NCBI GenBank assembly: GCA_041166945.1
Contig: JBEEGQ010000183.1
Coordinates: 742 to 64,741, forward strand
Origin: Verrucomicrobiota bacterium
GTDB taxonomy: Bacteria > Verrucomicrobiota > Verrucomicrobiia > Limisphaerales > JADJPG01
Length of the DNA: 64,000 nt
Direction of reading: 5' to 3'
The position numbers and the translations under genes are program-made. Positions 1 to 8,727 of this stretch are shown piece after piece; the stretch's first letter is position 1; every line of letters starts with the position of its first letter. Under the pieces are notes generated by a model. That model saw nothing but the letters and a program-made list of their open reading frames with translations. It was not told the origin of the DNA and ran no database searches.

Positions 1-124
1 GGCGGCCCGTGGCCCGGGATCGGGCAATCCAAACCTCGCCGAACGATCCCTCCCCAATCTTTCGCAGCAGTTCATGATCGGGAATCTGCGGCTGCCCGGA
101 TCCCGGATTGTGGATGTCGCTCAT
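1..124 (-). CDS. Ser/Thr protein kinase, N-terminal fragment (gene runs off the window start)
   Basis: Hand translation of the minus strand from ATG at 124-122 gives MSDIHNPGSGQPQIPDHELLRKIGEGSFGEVWIARSRATGR... 'GEGSFGEV' matches the Hanks-kinase glycine-rich loop GxGxFGxV. The ATG overlaps the TGA of the upstream glycosyltransferase (ATGA at 121-124). It is absent from the ORF track because it is truncated. Confidence 0.55.
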   Translation of the reverse strand, partial: MSDIHNPGSGQPQIPDHELLRKIGEGSFGEVWIARSRATGR

Positions 125-2730
125 GGCGCGGCAGCAGGCTCCAAAGCTGGAGCCTTCCAATCCCGGTCAAAGTCCTGCGCCTGATGAAACATTCCGCCCC
201 AGATGCTTCGCCGGCCCTCGTGTTGCACGAGCGATGGGTTGTGACAAAAGATCGGCCATTGCATCCGGCCGGCCAGCCAGCCCATTTTCAAATCCAACGG
301 AGCCGGGCCCTCAAACCAATGCTCGAGGAAATACCCGGCTGCTTCCCGCGAAATTAATACCGCCTGGGTTCCCATAAAATGCCGCGGATCGACCGCAAAA
401 GCCGTCGGCGGCAAGTCCCATCCCACTTCCGCAAACCGTGGATTATAAAGCGTGGCGAAGGTGACCTGGCGCGAACGCAGTCGCGGCCAATGTTGAAGGT
501 TATGCAACAGATGCCGGTTGAAAGCCAGGTCGTCCTCGAAAAACAAAATGTAATCGGCGTCCGCCTTCAGCCCTTCCTGCAACGCGCACCAGCCGTTGTG
601 CGTGATGTTCTCCTCGCGCTCCGGAAAGCGGCGGGAATCCATCTGCACATGCACCGGCAGCGATCCCCAATCTGTCTCCGCCAGCTTCGCCAGCGTTTTT
701 GCGCGCACCTTGTCCCGCTCGGGACACGAGATCATCGAGGCAAAAAAGCGGATCTCCGGCAGCGCGCCGCCATCACACGGCGGCGCCTCAACCGACGCAG
801 CGGCAGCGCCCGGACGCCGGATCCGGCCGTTCCATTTTTTTCCCAGCTCACCCAGATAGGCCAGGCATTCCTCCTCGAACTCGAATCCCGGCACAGGCGG
901 GTTGTCTCCGAACAGACGCCACTTCGCCATGTTTCGGTGCTGAAAAATGCGGCGCCCTCCGAAGTCATGCTGGCACATCGTTCCCGGCAGCGCCTGAATC
1001 GGAGTCGACGGCATGGCGTAAGGTTCTTCGAGACGCCGAAAAGCCAGGTGAAACGTCTCCTTGTCTCCATGAATGTGCCGGTAAAAAAAATCGGAGTTTT
1101 GATTGTACCAACAGCAGAGTTGAAGCGCGCGCCAGCAACGTTCCTTGTCCATCATCACCTGCCCGCTCTCGACCTCCGGTTCATCGCGATACTCGACACC
1201 AAATGCCTTCCAGGCCGGGCGTCCCGGCGCCAGACGCCCATAGTCCGGCCACAACACCGCCCCCGCCTGCTGGTATGCCTTCGATTCAAACAGGTATTCC
1301 GGGTCGGCCACCGGCACATTGTCGGCGTCGAGGAGCAGCACCTCTTTGAATTTCGAACGCAGGAGCGCCATCGGTTTCAACGCCCAGAAGTTGGACAATG
1401 TTTTCGACGGATCCTCCTCGAACAACGAGGCGTCCACGCACTGCACCCCGAAAGGCTCGACGAGCGCGCGCATCGCCGGATCCAACTCCACGTCGCCCCA
1501 ATGCCAGAGTTCAATCGGCAGCGCGCATCCCTGTCGTCGCAGCATCCGAATGCACACCCACGCATTGGTGAACATCCGCACCCCCCCGCCGCAGATCACG
1601 ATGCCTCGTCCTGAATAGCCTCCCCCGTAGGGCGGAATGGAAGCGATGAACTCCGTCGCCGCCGATGCCGCATTAAAAAGATTCAATGGCTCCTGCGATT
1701 TGCGGCCATCCGACAGCGCTAGAACGCTTCGCGCGGATTCCCTGGCGCCGTTCTCCAGGGTTCTCGCCGCGCCGCCGGCCAGATAAATTTCGATGCGACG
1801 GATGACTTCCGCCGCGGGGATCTGGTCCATGCATCGCGGAAGGCCGTCGCGGACGTCCACGCAGATGTGCCCGGGCTTGTCCTTTTCATCGCCGTCGCCG
1901 AGGGGCTCTACGCGCGACCTCCAGCAGCCGCCTTGGGCGCAACAGGGCAGCGTTCCGACGGCGGAAATAAATTGATGGCCAGGATAAGCTTCCCAATGGG
2001 GCGGCTCACGTCCACCCGCCACCACCACGCACGGCCGGTTGGGGAATCGTCCTTTCCGGATGGGCACCGCGGCGGCCAGGTGCATCAGGCCCGTGATCCC
2101 ACAGACAATTCCATCGGCATGATGCACCAGCTGAATCAGCTCCCGAATGGTGGTGCGTCCCCGCAGATCCATCGTGCCTCGAAGCCGCGGATGATGGTGC
2201 CGTTGATGATCTCCCACCTGGACAAAAAGAAGCCGTCCCTGGAAATGATCGATCACCTCCTGATGGCGTTCCGAGGCCCACCATTTGACCGTGAAATCGT
2301 CCTTGCCCCCTGCGCACACGAGCCAGAACGGTGTGTCCCCTCCCAGCGTTGCCAGCGGGGAGGGAGCCGCGAGCTCCGCCTCCGACAAATGAATGTCCCC
2401 TCGAAATTCTGTCAGTGGAGTATAAACCCCGAGTTTCCAGCCCAAATATTCGTTGAAGCCATTGATAAAATGGCGCCCGGCCTTTTCGCTGCGATCGACC
2501 AGGGGGCAAAGACATTCCAGGATTTCGCTCGAAGGCTCGTAATCATTTAATGGGGTGAGCCCTGGATTATGTTTCCACAAATCCGGAAAGCTGGTCCGCA
2601 CGTCGATCTGAAACCCGCCAGGGCGCGCCCGGTGCAAATCGCGGACCGCCGCGGTCAGCGCGACCATGTCGCCCAGGGAGAGACGGGAGCTGAGAATGAT
2701 CTTTCGCAGGGACATCTGGGGTCGATCCAT
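121..2730 (-). CDS. Multi-domain glycosyltransferase (GT9 heptosyltransferase-like N-terminus plus two GT-A-like DxD domains)
   Basis: 869-aa ORF. The N-terminal ~330 aa look like GT9 (LSLGDMVALTAAVRDLHRARPG...; ...DLRGRTTIRELIQLVHHADGIVCGITGLMHLAAAV). The middle domain has GIVICGGG...LLLDADNVPV (DxD), resembling mannosyltransferase or GT8-type domains. The C-terminal domain has ILFFEDDLAF (GT25-like). Antisense ORFs 379-1614 and 699-1349 are Arg/Pro-rich shadows. Confidence 0.75.
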   Translation of the reverse strand: MDRPQMSLRKIILSSRLSLGDMVALTAAVRDLHRARPGGFQIDVRTSFPDLWKHNPGLTPLNDYEPSSEILECLCPLVDRSEKAGRHFINGFNEYLGWKLGVYTPLTEFRGDIHLSEAELAAPSPLATLGGDTPFWLVCAGGKDDFTVKWWASERHQEVIDHFQGRLLFVQVGDHQRHHHPRLRGTMDLRGRTTIRELIQLVHHADGIVCGITGLMHLAAAVPIRKGRFPNRPCVVVAGGREPPHWEAYPGHQFISAVGTLPCCAQGGCWRSRVEPLGDGDEKDKPGHICVDVRDGLPRCMDQIPAAEVIRRIEIYLAGGAARTLENGARESARSVLALSDGRKSQEPLNLFNAASAATEFIASIPPYGGGYSGRGIVICGGGVRMFTNAWVCIRMLRRQGCALPIELWHWGDVELDPAMRALVEPFGVQCVDASLFEEDPSKTLSNFWALKPMALLRSKFKEVLLLDADNVPVADPEYLFESKAYQQAGAVLWPDYGRLAPGRPAWKAFGVEYRDEPEVESGQVMMDKERCWRALQLCCWYNQNSDFFYRHIHGDKETFHLAFRRLEEPYAMPSTPIQALPGTMCQHDFGGRRIFQHRNMAKWRLFGDNPPVPGFEFEEECLAYLGELGKKWNGRIRRPGAAAASVEAPPCDGGALPEIRFFASMISCPERDKVRAKTLAKLAETDWGSLPVHVQMDSRRFPEREENITHNGWCALQEGLKADADYILFFEDDLAFNRHLLHNLQHWPRLRSRQVTFATLYNPRFAEVGWDLPPTAFAVDPRHFMGTQAVLISREAAGYFLEHWFEGPAPLDLKMGWLAGRMQWPIFCHNPSLVQHEGRRSIWGGMFHQAQDFDRDWKAPALEPAAAP

Positions 2731-2810
2731 TCAAGGCCGCGCGGCTGCCTGCCGACGACGCGCCTGAAAACATCAACAGGAATGGGATGCCGGCGCGCCA
2801 GTCTCAGCGC

Positions 2811-3242
2811 TCACGCCGTTCTTGAAGGGGCTCCCGGGGGAGGCGGCGGGCCGGTAATCCTGTCGGCGCGAATCCGGAACGTGACGCTCAACAATTGGTA
2901 CGCCTTTTCGGAAAGCGTGACGTCGGCGGGCTCGAATCGAACCGGTTCCTCGGGTCTGGAAAGTTCATCCTCAGCCGCATCCAGCGCGTCGCCCAAGGCT
3001 TCCATCACGGCCTGGAAAGACCACTTCTGGATCCGGCTTTTCTCCGCAGCGCTGAGCATCGTCGGATCCCGCTCGGGCGGGGCCAGCTCGGCAACCGTCA
3101 CTGTGCCTGTCGTCCCAATCCACAGGGAACTCAGGTAATGGGAACTGTCACTGCAAGGAGGGGGCGGACAACGCATCAAGCTGTATTGATCTCCCGGCGC
3201 TGTGACCCAATCGATCTCCCGGTAATTCAGAACTTTTCCCAT
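2811..3242 (-). CDS. Hypothetical protein
   Basis: ORF 2811-3353. I prefer the internal ATG at 3242 (MGKVLNYREIDW...). The sequence has an acidic helical segment (EALGDALDAAEDELSRPEEP) and no recognisable motif. It is co-directional with the downstream glycosyltransferase. Confidence 0.35.
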   Translation of the reverse strand: MGKVLNYREIDWVTAPGDQYSLMRCPPPPCSDSSHYLSSLWIGTTGTVTVAELAPPERDPTMLSAAEKSRIQKWSFQAVMEALGDALDAAEDELSRPEEPVRFEPADVTLSEKAYQLLSVTFRIRADRITGPPPPPGAPSRTA

Positions 3243-3386
3243 AAACAATCCATTCCGCTGGTTGATGGTGTGTTGAACTGCTGACGCCTTCTGACGTTTG
3301 CTATTACTGGAACTTAACACGCCGGGCAAGCCCAAATTTACAAGACAAACCACACGCCATCGACTTTTGCCTCGTGAAACGGCCTA

Positions 3387-4778
3387 ATGCCCGCGCTCGA
3401 CAATCCATTGAACTGGACCCTGCTCACCAACAGCCTGATCGTCAGCGCGCTCGCCACATTCCTCGCCACCATCGCGGGATTCGGCGCCGCCCTCGCGCTG
3501 GCCAGTGCCCATCCAAAATGGCGCCGCTGCCTGCTTGTCGCCGTCGTCGTTGCCGTCGCGATGCCGCCGTTTCTGGTGGCCAACAGCTGGCTCGATCTGC
3601 TCGGCCCGAAAGGGGTCCTCCGCCACGTGCTCCCCTTCAACCTCCATTCCCTCGGGGCGACCGCCGCGCTGCTGGCCTCCCTGACATGGCCGTTGACCAC
3701 CCTGCTGACGATCGGGGCATGGACACGCTTGGAGCCGCAGCAATTGGAATCGGATCCACTGCTCCGGGGCTGCGGTTTGTTGCGCTGGCTCCTCTGGCCC
3801 ATGGCACGCACCGGTGTTTTCCAGGCAGCGCTCCTGACCTTCGTGCTGGCGCTCAATAATTTTTCCGTCCCCGTTATTTTTCAGGTGCCGGTTTTTCCCG
3901 AGGAACTCTGGCTGGCTTTCACCACGCGCCTGAACGACGCCGGCGCGTGGGCCGCCGCCATCCCCACCATTCTCGTGCCCCTGGTCCTCGTGCTCCTGCT
4001 GCGACGTTCCGAGATCAGCTGGCCCCGCATTCAGGGAAGCGCAACATCCGCCGCGCTCCAACGGCAACTGGGGCCGGTCCTTTTCATGGCAACCGTCATT
4101 CTCACCGCAGCCCTCCTGGGGTTGTCGCTCGGTGTTCCTTTGGTCCAAATCGCCGGCAGCCGTCGAACCTGGATAGAACTCCCGACCTTCCTTCGGGCTT
4201 CCCCGGACGTCGTCCTCAACTCATTTATTTTCGCGAGCGCCGCTGCCACAGTCTGTGTAGCGGCCGGCCTCGCGCTGCGGCGCCTGCCGCTCGGCGTGGT
4301 GTCATGGATTCCCTTCCTGATCCCGGGCGTGTTGCTGGGCCGGCTCGCCATCACCACGTTGAACGGCACGATTTTTTATCCATCGTCCGGGTTGATCATT
4401 TTGCTGTTCGCCTTTCGTTACCTCGCCATCGGCTGGAGCGGAGCCTCCATCGCTTTCCGTTCCATGGACCGAAATCTCACCGACGTCGCGAGGCTCGGTG
4501 GGGCGCGTGGATGGGCGCTGTTCCGCCACGTCCAGTGGCCGCAAGTCGCGCCGTTCCTGGCGGCCGCCTGGTATGCCATTTATCTGCTGTGCCTCTGGGA
4601 TGTGGAAACGCTCGTGCTGATCCAGCCAGCCGGCGGAGAGACGCTTGCGGTGCGGATTTTCAACCTGCTTCATTACGGCCACAACGCCCAGGTCAATGCA
4701 TTGTGCGTGACCCTCCTGGCCCTCGCCTCGATGCCTCTACTGCTCTGGCGAATCGGACAGTGGATCGCGCGCCGCTGA
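3387..4778 (+). CDS. ABC transporter permease, fused two-domain type (FbpB/ThiP-like iron(III)/thiamine family)
   Basis: 463 aa, polytopic and hydrophobic throughout. There are two EAA-like loops (LESDPLLRGCGLLRWLLWP... and SMDRNLTDVARLGGARGWALFRHVQWPQ). No cognate ATPase or binding protein is adjacent. Confidence 0.8.
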   Translation: MPALDNPLNWTLLTNSLIVSALATFLATIAGFGAALALASAHPKWRRCLLVAVVVAVAMPPFLVANSWLDLLGPKGVLRHVLPFNLHSLGATAALLASLTWPLTTLLTIGAWTRLEPQQLESDPLLRGCGLLRWLLWPMARTGVFQAALLTFVLALNNFSVPVIFQVPVFPEELWLAFTTRLNDAGAWAAAIPTILVPLVLVLLLRRSEISWPRIQGSATSAALQRQLGPVLFMATVILTAALLGLSLGVPLVQIAGSRRTWIELPTFLRASPDVVLNSFIFASAAATVCVAAGLALRRLPLGVVSWIPFLIPGVLLGRLAITTLNGTIFYPSSGLIILLFAFRYLAIGWSGASIAFRSMDRNLTDVARLGGARGWALFRHVQWPQVAPFLAAAWYAIYLLCLWDVETLVLIQPAGGETLAVRIFNLLHYGHNAQVNALCVTLLALASMPLLLWRIGQWIARR

Positions 4779-4949
4779 GGATCCGGCGACGTGCGGCGAT
4801 GCCGAACCCAGCGCCGCCCTCCCATCCCATTCGTGGCACCGGCTGGACCTTTTTCAGCCGACCAATGCGCAAGCGCGGATGAGGCGCCCACAAAAATAAG
4901 GTTTTCAAGGGTTGCCAACCCCCTGCCCAATCCGCTAGTTCTCTTTTGC

Positions 4950-5453
4950 ATGGTCACCGTTTCTGAACAACTCCGGCATGCGCGCGAGTCGCAGAAGCTC
5001 GATATTTATCAGGTGTCCGAGATTACAAAAATCAAGACGGACCACATTCGCGCCATCGAGGCGGGCAATTTTGATATTTTTTCCGCACCCGTCTACATCC
5101 GCGGTTTTGTGCGGAGCTATGCCTCGATGCTGAAGCTGGATGTGCCGCGGGTGATCGAGGATCTCGAGGCTGAGCTCAGCCAAAGCGAGAAATTTGCCGA
5201 GCCTCCTCCGCTCATCCCGCGCTCACTCGGCGTGTTCGATCTGCTGACCCTCTGGCTCTCGCGTCTCAATTGGCGCATCTCGGTGGGCGTTGTCGGCCTG
5301 CTCCTGTTTTTGATTCTCGCCGTGGCCGTCATCCGCAGCCGCACCCGGACTCCATCGAATCCGCTGAAAAATCTGGGCCCGGGCCTTTACCAGCCGCCGA
5401 AGGATCACTCCGGCGAAACCCTGCCGCTTCCCCCCGCCCCCGCGAAGCGCTGA
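4950..5453 (+). CDS. RodZ-like helix-turn-helix membrane protein
   Basis: From the internal ATG at 4950: MVTVSEQLRHARESQKLDIYQVSEITKIKTDHIRAIEAGNFDIFSAPVYIRGFVRSYASML, which is an XRE-type HTH typical of the RodZ N-terminus. A TM helix follows ([17 protein letters not shown]). Confidence 0.7.
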   Translation: MVTVSEQLRHARESQKLDIYQVSEITKIKTDHIRAIEAGNFDIFSAPVYIRGFVRSYASMLKLDVPRVIEDLEAELSQSEKFAEPPPLIPRSLGVFDLLTLWLSRLNWRISVGVVGLLLFLILAVAVIRSRTRTPSNPLKNLGPGLYQPPKDHSGETLPLPPAPAKR

Positions 5454-5523
5454 ACGCGATCTGCGGTCAACCAGCAGTGCCCCGGGCCTTGACGCGCAGC
5501 CTTGCATGCCCAACAGTGCAGGT

Positions 5524-5862
5524 ATGAACAAACCGACCGTCATTGCTTATTTGAAACCCAGTTGCGGATGGAGCCAGGGCGTGCGCGCCGTCCTGCGCAA
5601 ATATGATCTCCCTTTCGAGGATCGCGACATTATCAACGACGCCGCCCAGCGCCAGGAGATGATCGAAAAAAGCGGACAGATGCTCAGCCCGTGCGTGGAA
5701 ATCAACGGACGCATGCTGCCGGACATCAGCGGCGAGGAGGTCGAAGCCTTTCTGCTTTCCAATCAGCTCGTGACCCCCAACCAAATTCAGCCCGACGCCC
5801 CCACCAACCAACCTTGCGCGCACGAGATGCCGCAGTCCACCCCCATGCAGTTCCGGCGCTGA
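5524..5862 (+). CDS. Glutaredoxin/thioredoxin-fold protein
   Basis: MNKPTVIAYLKPSCGWSQGVRAVLRKYDLPFEDRDI...SPCVEINGRMLPD matches a glutaredoxin-like beta-alpha-beta layout. It has SCGWS where CPYC is normally found. The last ~15 codons lie inside repeat unit 1 (see the repeat at 5816-6122). Confidence 0.6.
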   Translation: MNKPTVIAYLKPSCGWSQGVRAVLRKYDLPFEDRDIINDAAQRQEMIEKSGQMLSPCVEINGRMLPDISGEEVEAFLLSNQLVTPNQIQPDAPTNQPCAHEMPQSTPMQFRR

Positions 5863-6122
5863 ATCCCCCGCACACTCCCCGTTCGGTGTCCACCCTTTAG
5901 GGTGTCCTCCTCCACAGACCACAAGGGCCCGACACCCTAAAGGGTGGACACCGAGCGCTCCATTCTTGCGCGCAGGAGATGTCGCAGTCCACCCCGATGC
6001 AGTTCCGGCGCTGAATTCCCCGGCACGCCCCCGCTGTGTTCCCCGTTCGGTGTCCACCCGTTAGGGTGTCTTCCTCTTCAGACCACAGGGGCCCGACACC
6101 CTAAAGGGTGGACACCGAGCGC
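5816..6122. repeat. Tandem duplication (units 5816-5958 and 5968-6122), each holding a REPIN-like inverted repeat
   Basis: Both units start GCGCGCA(C/G)GAGATG(C/T)CGCAGTCCACCCC(C/G)ATGCAGTTCCGGCGCTGAAT. Unit 1 has a perfect 23-bp stem, CGGTGTCCACCCTTTAGGGTGTC (5884-5906) pairing with GACACCCTAAAGGGTGGACACCG (5931-5953), with a 24-nt loop. Unit 2 has arms 6048-6070 and 6095-6117 with one mismatch. Each arm also contains its own small hairpin (CACCC-TTTA-GGGTG). Confidence 0.9.
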
Positions 6123-6182
6123 CCCAACCGCACCCTGACAATTGCATTGCCATCGGCCCCGGGCGTTGGACAACTTCCCGGA

Positions 6183-7052
6183 ATGCGAATCGTGAAGTCC
6201 GTCCGCGCCATGCAATCGCTTTCGCGACGCTGGCGCCGGAGCGGAGCCCGCATCGGTTTCGTTCCCACGATGGGCTCGCTTCACGATGGGCATCTCAGCC
6301 TCGTTCGGCGCGCGCGCGCCGGTGTCGGCCGCCCCGGCCGGGTCGTCGTCAGCCTTTACGTCAATCCCACCCAGTTTGGCCCGCAGGAGGATCTTTCCAA
6401 ATACCCTCGCTCATTGCGGCGCGACACGCAGCTCTGCCGCGCGGCAGGTGTGGATGTTTTGTTTATACCCGCCGACCGTGAAATGTTTCCGCGCAAATCG
6501 CCGGCGCCCTTCAGCACCTGGGTGACCGAGGAAGCGCTCTCCCGACCCATGGAGGGCGGTTCAAGGCCCGGACATTTTCGAGGCGTCACCACAGTCGTGG
6601 CAAAACTGTTCAACATCGTGGGGCCCGACCTCGCGGTTTTCGGCGCCAAGGATTGGCAGCAGGCGGCGGTCGTGCGGCGGATGACGCGTGATTTGAACTT
6701 TCCCGTGAAGGTGATCATCGCCCCAACCCGTCGCGAAGCGGACGGCCTTGCGATGAGTTCACGCAACGCCTACCTGAAGGGCCCCCTGCGAAACCAGGCC
6801 ATCATCCTCTCGAGGGCGCTCGCCGGCGCGCGGCATGTGATACGCAGCTCAGGAAAATCGGTGGACGCAAAACGGCTGAAGAATGTGCTCCGGCGCCTGG
6901 TCGAACATCAGCCGGACGCGCGGGTCGATTACATCGAGTTCTTTGATCCCGAGACACTGGCGCCCTTACGAAAGGCGGGCCGCGGCGCCCACATGGCCAT
7001 GGCCGTGTTCATCGGAAGGACCAGGCTGATCGACAACGGAAAGTTGGGATGA
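6183..7052 (+). CDS. panC: Pantoate--beta-alanine ligase
   Basis: From ATG at 6183: [13 protein letters not shown]...[21 protein letters not shown], the PanC HIGH-like signature. Size is ~289 aa. The upstream part of ORF 6108-7052 lies in the repeat region. Confidence 0.9.
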   Translation: MRIVKSVRAMQSLSRRWRRSGARIGFVPTMGSLHDGHLSLVRRARAGVGRPGRVVVSLYVNPTQFGPQEDLSKYPRSLRRDTQLCRAAGVDVLFIPADREMFPRKSPAPFSTWVTEEALSRPMEGGSRPGHFRGVTTVVAKLFNIVGPDLAVFGAKDWQQAAVVRRMTRDLNFPVKVIIAPTRREADGLAMSSRNAYLKGPLRNQAIILSRALAGARHVIRSSGKSVDAKRLKNVLRRLVEHQPDARVDYIEFFDPETLAPLRKAGRGAHMAMAVFIGRTRLIDNGKLG

Positions 7053-7095
7053 AAGCCGATCGAGCCAGATCCTTCCGGACTTGCCGTATGCGCTC

Positions 7096-8727
7096 ATGAA
7101 ACAATTTGATTACCTGGTCCTAGGCAGCGGCATTGCCGGCCTGACCTTCGCGCTTCAAACAGCCGCGCATGGGCGGGTGGCGATCATCACCAAAAAGAAT
7201 CGCGCTGAATCGAACACCAATTACGCCCAAGGCGGCATTGCAGCGGTGACGAGCCCGGAGGACTCGTTCGAGATGCACGTGCGCGATACCCTCGAGGCCG
7301 GCGCCGGCCTGTGCCGGGAGGCGGTCGTGAGGACGATCGTCGAGGAGGGCCCCGCCCGCGTGGCCGATCTGATCGAGCTGGGCATGAAGTTCTCGCAGCG
7401 GGATGCGCCGGATGAGGACGGCGGGCGGCAACTGGATCTCGGCAGGGAAGGCGGCCATTCGAAACGGCGCATCCTCCACGCAAAGGATGTGACCGGCCGC
7501 GAAATCGAGCGCGCCCTCCTCGCCGCCGTCGCGCGCGAGCCCAATATCTCCATTTTCGAAAACCATTTTGCCATCGATCTCGTCACCACCTCGAAACTCG
7601 CCGAACCCGATCCCAACCGCTGCCTCGGCGTCTATGTGCTCGACAAGAAAAGCGGACAGGTCGAGACCTTCGCGGCGCCCGTGACGTTGCTGGCAACCGG
7701 CGGTTGCGGAAAAGTTTATCTCTACACCACCAATCCCGACATTGCGACGGGAGACGGCGTCGCCATGGCCTACCGGGCGGGCGCCGCCGTCGCCAACATG
7801 GAGTTCATCCAATTTCATCCGACCTGCCTCTATCATCCCAAGGCCAAATCGTTTCTTATCAGCGAAGCCGTCCGGGGTGAAGGCGGCGTTTTGAAGTCGA
7901 TCGAAGGCCGTGAATTCATGGATGAACATCATCCGCTGAAATCATTGGCGCCCCGCGATATCGTGGCGCGGGCCATCGACAGCGAGATGAAACGAACCGG
8001 CGCCGATCATGTTCTGCTCGACATCACCCACCAGCCCGCGCGCTTTCTGATCGACCGCTTTCCCAACATCTACCACACCTGCCTCGGGTACGGCATCGAC
8101 ATCACCAAGGAAGCCATTCCTGTGGTGCCCGCGGCGCACTATCAGTGCGGCGGCGTGCGCACCAACGTGGATGGCGAGACGGGTCTGGCGGGGCTTTTCG
8201 CCGTCGGCGAGGTCGCCTGCACCGGGTTGCACGGGGCGAACCGGCTGGCCAGCAATTCCCTGCTCGAGGCGCTCGTTTGCGCCCACCGCGCCGCCAACCG
8301 CGTGATGTCACAAACCCAACCCATCCACGCCACAAAAATTCCCGGCTGGCAGGCCGGCCAGGCAAATGATGCCGATGAACTCGTCGTCGTCTCCCACAAC
8401 TGGGACGAGATCCGCCGGCTCATGTGGGATTATGTCGGCATCGTCCGCACCAATAAACGATTGCAGCGCGCCAAAACGCGCATCGTGAATCTGCAGGGTG
8501 AAATCGAGGAGTATTACTGGGATTTTATCGTCACGAGCGATCTCCTCGAACTGCGCAACATCGCGACTGTCGCTGAATTAATCGTCGATTCCGCCCTTCA
8601 ACGCACGGAAAGTCGCGGGCTGCATTACAACCTGGATTATCCCCAAACCGACCCTGCCTGGGCCCAGCGCGATACGGTCGTCCAAAATCCTTACGGCACC
8701 GGCGTGGCCTCGATTACGATTCGATAG
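7096..8727 (+). CDS. nadB: L-aspartate oxidase
   Basis: [20 protein letters not shown] is an FAD GxGxxG motif. Further matches are ...[12 protein letters not shown] and HPTCLYHP...[11 protein letters not shown], with NadB-like length. Confidence 0.9.
   Translation: MKQFDYLVLGSGIAGLTFALQTAAHGRVAIITKKNRAESNTNYAQGGIAAVTSPEDSFEMHVRDTLEAGAGLCREAVVRTIVEEGPARVADLIELGMKFSQRDAPDEDGGRQLDLGREGGHSKRRILHAKDVTGREIERALLAAVAREPNISIFENHFAIDLVTTSKLAEPDPNRCLGVYVLDKKSGQVETFAAPVTLLATGGCGKVYLYTTNPDIATGDGVAMAYRAGAAVANMEFIQFHPTCLYHPKAKSFLISEAVRGEGGVLKSIEGREFMDEHHPLKSLAPRDIVARAIDSEMKRTGADHVLLDITHQPARFLIDRFPNIYHTCLGYGIDITKEAIPVVPAAHYQCGGVRTNVDGETGLAGLFAVGEVACTGLHGANRLASNSLLEALVCAHRAANRVMSQTQPIHATKIPGWQAGQANDADELVVVSHNWDEIRRLMWDYVGIVRTNKRLQRAKTRIVNLQGEIEEYYWDFIVTSDLLELRNIATVAELIVDSALQRTESRGLHYNLDYPQTDPAWAQRDTVVQNPYGTGVASITIR

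Noticed and set aside
5816-6122. Possible CRISPR array, because of repeated palindromic units.
   Set aside because: There are only two units. Each includes duplicated coding sequence, and there are no unique spacers between short direct repeats. No cas genes are in the window. The architecture is a tandem duplication of a REPIN-like element.
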